From a bacterium (GTDB lineage: Bacteria > Patescibacteriota > Minisyncoccia > JAUYLV01): a stretch of 64,000 nucleotides of DNA. Both the position numbers and the translations under genes were made by a program. Below, in pieces: positions 47,734 to 55,484 of this stretch. Each line of letters opens with the position of its first letter. The stretch's first letter is position 1. A model generated the notes under the pieces. That model was not told the DNA's origin. It worked only from the letters and a program-made list of their open reading frames with translations, and did no database searches. Location: the NCBI GenBank assembly GCA_030649025.1, contig JAUSGO010000022.1:9023-73022 (forward strand), given 5' to 3'.

Positions 47734-48990
47734 CTACGCCCTGATGTTGCCTATGATGCTCTTGGCTGTCTCGTGCATCATTTTGGAAATAGTGCTGAGC
47801 ATCTGCAGGGTCCGCGACTGTTTCTGCAGCATGTTTTGAAGGTCGATATCCGCAAGCTGGGTATCGTCCTGGGCACTCCCCGAACCCGCTTCCCGCACCT
47901 GCGTTTGCATCGTCTGTTTCACGCCGCCCAGGCCCTTCTCAACTTCCGTCTGGATGTCGGCCGCCGTCACGGGCTTGCTGAAGAAAAACGAGAGCCAGGG
48001 AAAACGCACCTTCACGCGGTCCGCATCAACCCCAATCTCCGCCGTAAGAGACGAATTGAATATCCCGAGGAATTTCGCGGGCATCTGGTAGGAGAGCTCC
48101 ACCACATGCTCCTTTATCTTGATGCCTTTGATGGCCGGATCATTCAGTACGACCGCGCCGGTATACACTTCCAGGTCCGAAGGGGTTTTCACGTCTCCGG
48201 AACGGGAGAGTATCTCTTCTTTTTTCTTGGGGTCCCAGCCGCGCACCCCAACCCTTCCTGCCTGTTCCAAGGCATTCAAACGGGCGCGGAATGCTTCCAA
48301 ATCGCCTTCGGTGTACTCCAGTCCCTGGAACATTGAGTCTCTTTCCGCGCTTCCCGATCGGATCTTATCGCTTGTTTCTCCCACACCGCCGTCACCCCCT
48401 TGTATTCGCAGGAGATCAAAATCCGGATCGCCGGGCGGCAAACTGGGTTGAGGTTTTATGCGTAAAAGATCAAAATCCGGATCTCCTATCATAACATCAT
48501 CTAATCCATCTCGATCAAGGTCTCCTATTACGGGATTCTCCTTTGCGGCTGATGACGGCGATGGACTTGATTCCACGATCTGGCCGTTCGATTCCTTGCC
48601 GCATCCCCAATGGTCTCCTCCGACCGGAATGCACATCATGGAATATCCGGTGGGACAATCAAGGGCCGGTTTTGCCTGGCCGTCGCAATTGGTGCGTTCG
48701 TTAACGCCCGAAGGGGTAGGCGTCGCCTTTGCATCCTGTGTGGGTGAAGGCTGGGGCGTAACAGCCGTTAGAGTGTCATTACCGGGAGTAGCTTTTGGGG
48801 TCGGGGTGGGGGCAGGTGTTTGGCTTGGGAAGGCGATTGTTCCCGCTGTCGGCTCTGCGGTGGGAAGTTCTGATGGGTAGGGCGTAGGAGTCGCGATGGG
48901 GCGGTTGAGCGAATCATACATATACTCCTCCGCAAACACCGGAAGACCGACAAGAAGCGCTACACACATTGCGATGATTGTTTTTTTCAT
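47734..48990 (-). CDS. Secreted Pro/Thr-rich protein with GDPDFDLL repeats and a needle-like C-terminal helix
   Basis: Signal peptide MKKTII...VFA; GDLDRDG; C-terminal LQNMLQKQSRTLQMLSTISKMMHETAKSIIGNIRA. Confidence 0.75.
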   Translation of the reverse strand: MKKTIIAMCVALLVGLPVFAEEYMYDSLNRPIATPTPYPSELPTAEPTAGTIAFPSQTPAPTPTPKATPGNDTLTAVTPQPSPTQDAKATPTPSGVNERTNCDGQAKPALDCPTGYSMMCIPVGGDHWGCGKESNGQIVESSPSPSSAAKENPVIGDLDRDGLDDVMIGDPDFDLLRIKPQPSLPPGDPDFDLLRIQGGDGGVGETSDKIRSGSAERDSMFQGLEYTEGDLEAFRARLNALEQAGRVGVRGWDPKKKEEILSRSGDVKTPSDLEVYTGAVVLNDPAIKGIKIKEHVVELSYQMPAKFLGIFNSSLTAEIGVDADRVKVRFPWLSFFFSKPVTAADIQTEVEKGLGGVKQTMQTQVREAGSGSAQDDTQLADIDLQNMLQKQSRTLQMLSTISKMMHETAKSIIGNIRA

Positions 48991-49123
48991 ATAAAACATA
49001 TAATCAAATAAGTTCTTCCAGCATAACAAAATTCCGGGACTTATGCGAGCTCCGGAATCTTAAGAGCATGCACCACGCATGCCGCGCAGATAAGCCCGAT
49101 ATCCTTGTCATGCTGCACCGATC

Positions 49124-50182
49124 TTATTTCCCGCACGTGAAATCCAACGTGCTTTGTTTGCATGAGCAGAAATATTTGATGCCCTGGTCCGATGTCTGCC
49201 CCAGGCAGTATCCTGTGTTGCACTCTCCCCCGTGCGCGCATTCCTGCCCGGCCTTCTTGGTGGGCCCCGTTTTAGTATCCACGGTGATGGTTTCGGTGCA
49301 GAAATCAAGCGGAGGTGCCTGGTTTCCGCGCGGACGGTCTCCGTCAAATGCGCACCGCTGGGGTTTCAATTCCTGCGGATTTGTTTTGCAGGGCTTGGCG
49401 CAAACAACGAGGCCGTTATCCTGGCACAACACGGCGGTGGCAAAACGCGAATCCATGGCGGTAACGCAAAAGTGGTCTGCCGCGGCAAGCGCTCCGCACG
49501 TCACCAGTTTCTTGTTCTGCTGGTAGAATTCGCATACATACGAGTCCACCGGCACATCCGTTTCAACCGTGCCCTGCGGTCCCTGCACTTTCACGGTTAC
49601 ATGCTTCTCTTGTTTTATGGTAAGGCGTGCGAGCTTTTCTCGGAAGAAGTCAAAAGCGCGCGCGACCGTACTACGGAAACTTCCCCACCATCTTCCCGGG
49701 ACATTCCATAAATTTTTTGTGCCACCTGCTGGCTTCACAACCTCAACGACCTCATCTCCCGGAGTGCACTCAACATACATCTCCCGATACAAATCTCCTA
49801 TCTGCGTTGCGCAGTCCGCGTTCACATTACAATTCGGGCATATGTGGCAGGTATTTTTCTCGTTTCCGCACACGCCCCCCTGCGGTGCGCCATCGCAATA
49901 AAACCCAGCCTTGCTCCCATTCATATCGCTCTTTTTTGCCGCACCAGGATGCGTAGCCATACACACGTCGGACGTAAGGGCCGTATACCCAACACAGGTT
50001 TTTCCTAATGCGACACAGACTTCGTTGCCCGAATCCATCGTGGCATCCTGGGAAGTTACCACATAATACGTCTTGCCGTTATACGGCACCGACTGGGGCT
50101 CGGCCTGGGCCAAAAACCCGATGCCCAGCACCCCAATAAGAACAATAAAAACAAAACTGGCAAACCAAAATGTTTTTTTCAT
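49124..50182 (-). CDS. Secreted cysteine-rich protein
   Basis: Signal peptide; more than 20 Cys in three clusters. Confidence 0.8.
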   Translation of the reverse strand: MKKTFWFASFVFIVLIGVLGIGFLAQAEPQSVPYNGKTYYVVTSQDATMDSGNEVCVALGKTCVGYTALTSDVCMATHPGAAKKSDMNGSKAGFYCDGAPQGGVCGNEKNTCHICPNCNVNADCATQIGDLYREMYVECTPGDEVVEVVKPAGGTKNLWNVPGRWWGSFRSTVARAFDFFREKLARLTIKQEKHVTVKVQGPQGTVETDVPVDSYVCEFYQQNKKLVTCGALAAADHFCVTAMDSRFATAVLCQDNGLVVCAKPCKTNPQELKPQRCAFDGDRPRGNQAPPLDFCTETITVDTKTGPTKKAGQECAHGGECNTGYCLGQTSDQGIKYFCSCKQSTLDFTCGK

Positions 50183-50260
50183 AATACCGAGGATAAATAA
50201 TATATGATTATATATGCCAGTATAGCAGACCGTGCATCCTTAAGCAATGAGGAAAACTAT

Positions 50261-50291
50261 AAAAAAAGCCGGGCTTTCGCGACCCGGCTTT
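50261..50291 (-). terminator. Intrinsic terminator
   Basis: AAAGCCGGG/CCCGGCTTT with a T-run on the minus strand. Confidence 0.75.
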
Positions 50292-50320
50292 CGGAATTAC
50301 AAAAATCTCAACAAAAGACA

Positions 50321-50773
50321 TTAGAACATTTTCTTGCCAAACGCATTCCAGCGCTGCCAGAGGTGCCACGCCGTAGCAAGATACAAAAGTCCGACAACAA
50401 AAAAGATGATGCGGCCCGATACAATCGACATGCCGAGGTTCTTTCCCATAAGACCTGTCAAACCCAAATTAATGCCCGATACAACACTCACAAAAAATGC
50501 GATTTTATCTTTTTGATCCGTTTCGCCAAAAAGCTTCATACCACTCGTGTTCCAGCGAAACAGCATATACGCCGATGCCGCGCCCGATACTATCCACGCC
50601 AGGGTTAAAAGCGAACTCAAGGGGCTATAGAGGCCGGGAAAAGGGTTAAATGCCAGTAAGGGCGGAACTCCGCCGATAAAAAGAGCTAGAGACGCTACAA
50701 CAAGACGCGCCTCCGACCACATGAAGCTGTAGTATTCAAGCTTCGCCGGATGCGTAAGTTCTTTAATGTTCAT
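50321..50773 (-). CDS. Membrane hypothetical protein
   Basis: Four hydrophobic helices. Confidence 0.7.
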   Translation of the reverse strand: MNIKELTHPAKLEYYSFMWSEARLVVASLALFIGGVPPLLAFNPFPGLYSPLSSLLTLAWIVSGAASAYMLFRWNTSGMKLFGETDQKDKIAFFVSVVSGINLGLTGLMGKNLGMSIVSGRIIFFVVGLLYLATAWHLWQRWNAFGKKMF

Positions 50774-50855
50774 ATATATGTATTATGAAATAATGTTCCC
50801 CATGATAGCACGCGCACCCACACCTCTGTCTACTCCGGAATGTTGTACAAGACTT

Positions 50856-51608
50856 CTAGAAATTTCCGGCAGTCGGCAACGCGGAACTCTCAACTGCAGG
50901 ACGAAAACTTTTGCCTACGGCAAGGCCCGCGATCGAGCCGAAGATGGCTCCCGCAAGAAACTCCGAAAACCAATGGATGCCGACAGTGGCAACCCCGATG
51001 CCGACATAGAACGCATAGAGAAGAGCAAGAATGCGGACCATCCGGTTTTTCGGAAAAAGCGCGATAAGCGCGCAAGCGACCGCGAAAGAAACCGTGGTGT
51101 GGCTCGACGGCCAACCCCAGAACACTCCTCCCCGTAGAAATCCGAACCTAAAATTTTCGCTGATGTCCACCAGAGCGCTTCCATCAAAAAATTTCGGTTG
51201 CATCCGGCCGGTGAATGCCTTGTAGAACCAAGAAAGAAAAAGTCCTACAAGCGCCGCCTGTCCCATGGCGCCCGCAATAAGCACAATGCCGCTTCTCTCT
51301 CGCCATTTTCCATAGAAGTACATGCTAAGCGGAACAATAATGGGGAGAAGGCCGCCAAGTACCAGTGCGGGCACGAAATACGATCGAACGCTTGCATGCT
51401 GTGCTGCCACGTAATAGTTCCAGTCAAACCCCGAGGTGACGCATATCCATGTAAGCGCTATCGCAAGAGCGTGCCACGGCAGAATCCGCGGACGGAAGCA
51501 CGCGGCAGCATTTCTCCAGAAGCCCCGGAAGAGAGTGCGAAAGAGGAAAAATTCTTTCGGCAATTCATTCGGCCTTCCGTGTTCATTTAGTTTACCGTTG
51601 TTGTCCAT
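50856..51608 (-). CDS. PAP2 family phosphatase
   Basis: K..TGRMQP, WPSSHT, IHWFSE; start MDNN at 51608. Confidence 0.88.
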   Translation of the reverse strand: MDNNGKLNEHGRPNELPKEFFLFRTLFRGFWRNAAACFRPRILPWHALAIALTWICVTSGFDWNYYVAAQHASVRSYFVPALVLGGLLPIIVPLSMYFYGKWRERSGIVLIAGAMGQAALVGLFLSWFYKAFTGRMQPKFFDGSALVDISENFRFGFLRGGVFWGWPSSHTTVSFAVACALIALFPKNRMVRILALLYAFYVGIGVATVGIHWFSEFLAGAIFGSIAGLAVGKSFRPAVESSALPTAGNF

Positions 51609-51793
51609 ACCACACAGTGTATCTCTTTTCCCCTGCCCGAACAACGTGATGCTCTAAAACGCGGGCGAGGCGAGTGTGGCCCATGCCGTGAAGGAAAAGT
51701 TCGAAAAGCGGATCCGCGATCAGCTATTGACTAATATATTAAGATGCGGTATAATCTTATCAGCAGTACGTTGAAACTGATAAGGAGGCTGAA

Positions 51794-52402
51794 ATGCGAC
51801 GGATAATCGCAACAATCGCTGTTTTGTTTTTTATTCAGATTGCCGTAGCATTTCCCGCGAAGGCGGAAAAACTGCGGCATACCACCACCCCGGCCACTCC
51901 CGTCTGGAAGCAGGTCGGACGTCAGGCTCTTTGGCTGGTGAATTGGGACTGGAAATTGGCTCTGGGCGGATGGACCGTGCGGTTTCATCCTGGGCGGCTC
52001 GACGTTCTCGGCATTACTACGCTGGACGAGAGCCGAGTGGATATTTGGGTCCGGCGAAAGCAATCACCGGAGTCGGTGGCAGGGACGATAGTGCATGAAC
52101 TTGCGCATGCATTCGACCACAAGTATCTTACTTTCGATATGCGCAAGGCTTGGATTGCTGCGCGAAATTTGCCGCCGGACACCCGGTGGTATACGCCGTG
52201 CAGCGGTTGCCGCGACCGCGGTTTATGCGACGATTGCGCGGACTATCATTTTGGGTCCGGCGATTTCGCGGAATGCGTAAGTTGGACACTGCAGGGACCA
52301 GCTTACGAATTTCAGAGTCTCCTTGGGCCGCCGCCGAACGAAGCGCAACAGGCGCTTATCCGGCAGTGGCTTACGGAATTGCCTCAAGCGGGCGGAAAGT
52401 AA
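51794..52402 (+). CDS. Secreted zincin-like metallopeptidase
   Basis: Signal peptide; VHELAHAFD; GDFAE; SD TAAGGAGG; TTGACT-17-TATAAT at 51727-51755; terminator at 52389-52420. Confidence 0.75.
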   Translation: MRRIIATIAVLFFIQIAVAFPAKAEKLRHTTTPATPVWKQVGRQALWLVNWDWKLALGGWTVRFHPGRLDVLGITTLDESRVDIWVRRKQSPESVAGTIVHELAHAFDHKYLTFDMRKAWIAARNLPPDTRWYTPCSGCRDRGLCDDCADYHFGSGDFAECVSWTLQGPAYEFQSLLGPPPNEAQQALIRQWLTELPQAGGK

Positions 52403-52505
52403 TTCTCCGCCCGTTTTTTATTGAGGTTCTCTTTACTTTCTTATTTAACAAAATAAGCAAGTAAAGAGATGAACAATGGTCTGGCGGATAATGGGAAAGG
52501 CAATA

Positions 52506-53759
52506 TCAGGCATGACTGCCCGCCACGTATCCGGTGGTCCAGCACAATTGCAAAGAGTAGCCGCCGGAGGGACGGCGCACGTGCAGAAGGTCTCCGGTGA
52601 TGTAGAGATTATCGAAAAGCAGTGAGCGCATGGTCTTCATATCCATCTCTTCCAGCACCACGCCTCCATCCGCCACGACAGCCCGGTCAAACCCCATAAG
52701 ATGGGTGATGGTAAGCGGCAAGGCTTTCAGCGTGCGTGCTATCAGCTTTCGTTCTTCTTTGGTCACGCTGTGTACTTTTTTCTTCTCATCTATTTTGGAA
52801 AGAAGTTTTAAAAGATGGGTAGATGTGCCTGGGGGCGCTATCTCTTTAAAAACATTCTTCAGGTCCCTGTTCTTGTTCGCATCAAACGCCTTCCGTATGC
52901 GCTCATCCAACGCCCCCAAGTCGAGCTCCGGAAATGCATCAATGATGGCGGTTGCCGTTCCTGCCTGAAGCATATCTCCTACTTTGTCGGCGCTATTTAA
53001 TATGATGGGGCCGGAAATTCCAAAATGCGTGAATAGCAAACTGCCAGTGCGCGAAAACTGTTTTTTGCCTTCCACAGAGAACGTGATTTTCATGGATTTG
53101 AGCGTTACGCCCGCAAGCGCCTTCACCCATGCCTCGCGGACTGCCAGAGGCACAATAGTGGGCGTTGGCGCCTTCACTTTGTGCCCCAGGTCTCTTAACC
53201 ACGCAAAGCCGTCTCCCGTTGAGCCCGTCTCGGCGTGCGACATGCCGCCTGTAGCAAGAATGATCGCTCCTGCTGTATACGAAACCGAGCCGCACTGTAC
53301 GCCCAAAACCTTCCGGCCATCCGTATTAATACGCGTTGTCTTCGCTTCCGTGCACACCGTCACCTTACCGTCGCGAAGATATGTTTCGAGCACCCGGAAT
53401 ATATCAAGCGCTTTTTGCGTCTTGGGGAAAGCGCGTTTGCGGTCTTCCACAACTAACGGAAGCCCCCGCGATTCAAAAAACTTGAAAGTGCTCTCAACGC
53501 CAAATTGCGAAAATGGCGAGGGCAGAAAACGCCCGCCGTTGCCGTAGTGCGCGAGAAGCTTGTGCGTATCAAATTCCGCGTTGGTGACGTTGCATCTGCC
53601 TCCGCCCGTGATTTTTAGTTTTTCACCAAGACGCTTATTCTTTTCCAGAAGCAACACGCGCTTGCCTCTTTCGGCCGCGCGTCCGGCCGCCATCATGCCC
53701 GATGCCCCGCCTCCAATGACAATGACATCGAATATTTCCTGTCTCATTTTTATCAGCAT
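52506..53759 (-). CDS. HI0933/YhiN family flavoprotein
   Basis: IGGGASGMMAA, ITGGGRCNVTN, ATGGMS..TGSTGDG, LFTHFGISGP, GGYSLQ. Confidence 0.93.
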   Translation of the reverse strand: MLIKMRQEIFDVIVIGGGASGMMAAGRAAERGKRVLLLEKNKRLGEKLKITGGGRCNVTNAEFDTHKLLAHYGNGGRFLPSPFSQFGVESTFKFFESRGLPLVVEDRKRAFPKTQKALDIFRVLETYLRDGKVTVCTEAKTTRINTDGRKVLGVQCGSVSYTAGAIILATGGMSHAETGSTGDGFAWLRDLGHKVKAPTPTIVPLAVREAWVKALAGVTLKSMKITFSVEGKKQFSRTGSLLFTHFGISGPIILNSADKVGDMLQAGTATAIIDAFPELDLGALDERIRKAFDANKNRDLKNVFKEIAPPGTSTHLLKLLSKIDEKKKVHSVTKEERKLIARTLKALPLTITHLMGFDRAVVADGGVVLEEMDMKTMRSLLFDNLYITGDLLHVRRPSGGYSLQLCWTTGYVAGSHA

Positions 53760-53809
53760 ACGCTCATCTCTACTACTTGCCTATTTAACAATATAAGCAA
53801 GTAGATGAA

Positions 53810-55261
53810 TTAGGCTTCCAGGTCGAGCGTTTGGTCAATACGTATCTGACTCACAAATTCCGGTACGTGGCTTACCAGTATCATGGCTCCCGTGTAGGCA
53901 TCTAAAGCCTTGGCAATAACGGGCAAGTGGCGGAAGTTCATATGATTCGTAGGCTCATCCAGGATAAGCAGTCCCGGTTTCTGCAGTACCAGCCGTGCCA
54001 GCGACACCAAGCCTTTCTGGCCCTCCGAGAGACTGCCTACTTTGGCCTTAATGGCCTCCGAGTTTATTAAAAATCCCGCGGCAACGGAGCGGAGCTTTTC
54101 TTCGTCCACTTCATTTGTTGCCGACGCGAGCGACTGATATACCGTGTCTTCCGGCTTCAGCATAGAGAAATCCTGGCGGTAATATCCCACTTTCACGCCC
54201 GAAGTAATATGGGCCCCTTTTGCCGTGCCGTGCGCCAGAGACTCAAGCAGAGTGGACTTACCAATGCCGTTGGGACCTATAAGAAGCAGATGTTCATTTC
54301 TGCGAAGCGAAATATTAGTTTTCTTTGTGACCACTTTGTGGTTTTTCATGAGAGAAAACGAAGTCACCGACAAAAGCTCCCCTGAAACTTCAATGTCTGC
54401 CGGAATGGCGAAGGGACGGATGGTTTTGTCTTCCTTGCGCACATCAACCTGCTCTTCTTCAAGTTCCGCGGCTTTCTCGCGCATACGTTTGGCAAGCAAT
54501 CGCAATCGTCCTCCCTTCATGGCAAAAAAGTTTGCCTTCTCTTTTTTCTCTATTGCCTCCTTGGCAAGTCGCGCATTCTTGCTGTTCTCTTTTTCGATGC
54601 GCACAGCTATTTGCGCCACCACATCGAAATAGTTTCCAATATAATTTTCCAGAAAGTGCGTGAATACATCCAGATAGAGCACGCCCTGGGTGAATGCATT
54701 CAAGAAATCAGCGTCATGTGAGATGACAATGCATGTGTTGGGGTAGCCAATAATGAACTTGGTGAGATGCGCAATGCCCGCCTTATCCAGATTGTTGGTC
54801 GGCTCGTCCAAAAGCAGAACATCCGGTTCCTGGATAAGTGCCGCGGCAAGTAGCAGCCGCGCCTGCTGGCCCCCGGAGCACGCCGTAATCCGCCGCTCAA
54901 GGGGTACCGATAAATTCACTGCCTCCAGCGCCGAGGCTATGCGCGGATCGATATCGTATATTTTTTTTGGGAACGACCTCTCAAAAAATTCCCGTATCGT
55001 GAGCTTCAAATATTCATGCGGCATGGCCTGCTTTGCTAGGGCGACAGTAAGTTCGGAGTCCACAATAACCTTGCCACGGTCCGGACGGAGTTCTTTCGTG
55101 ATGAGATGGAACAGCGTGCTTTTGCCCGCCCCATTCTGTCCCATCAGGGTCAACTTCGCGCCGCGTCTCACGCTAAAACTCACCCCTTCCAAAATGGGTT
55201 TATGTGGCCCTCGCTCGAACGAGACCTCTTCAAATCGCATAATAACTTCGTTTTTAGCCAT
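53810..55261 (-). CDS. ABC-F family ATPase
   Basis: Two ABC domains (GQNGAGKS/LDEPTNNLD; GPNGIGKS/LDEPTNH), no TM. Confidence 0.92.
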   Translation of the reverse strand: MAKNEVIMRFEEVSFERGPHKPILEGVSFSVRRGAKLTLMGQNGAGKSTLFHLITKELRPDRGKVIVDSELTVALAKQAMPHEYLKLTIREFFERSFPKKIYDIDPRIASALEAVNLSVPLERRITACSGGQQARLLLAAALIQEPDVLLLDEPTNNLDKAGIAHLTKFIIGYPNTCIVISHDADFLNAFTQGVLYLDVFTHFLENYIGNYFDVVAQIAVRIEKENSKNARLAKEAIEKKEKANFFAMKGGRLRLLAKRMREKAAELEEEQVDVRKEDKTIRPFAIPADIEVSGELLSVTSFSLMKNHKVVTKKTNISLRRNEHLLLIGPNGIGKSTLLESLAHGTAKGAHITSGVKVGYYRQDFSMLKPEDTVYQSLASATNEVDEEKLRSVAAGFLINSEAIKAKVGSLSEGQKGLVSLARLVLQKPGLLILDEPTNHMNFRHLPVIAKALDAYTGAMILVSHVPEFVSQIRIDQTLDLEA

Positions 55262-55317
55262 ACAGGATTGCCGCTGTAGACAGCAAACTCTATAGTTCTA
55301 GACTCCCAGTTCTGAAC

Positions 55318-55430
55318 CGCAAAAAACGGCAGTTTTTGAATTTCATACTTCAGAACCCAATTTTAAATCAAAAAGCCCGTGTTTACGCTGAAACCGGTGT
55401 TTGCGGGTATAGTAAAAGCACATCAAATAC
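55318..55430 (+). pseudogene. Probable C-terminal remnant of a large serine recombinase
   Basis: KKRQFLNFILQNPILNQK then, frameshifted, VFTLKPVFAGIVKAH; recalled similarity only. Confidence 0.4.
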
Positions 55431-55484
55431 CGTTTTATATATCTCCTTTTACGAGCGGGGGTCTGGGACTATGCTAAAATGGGA

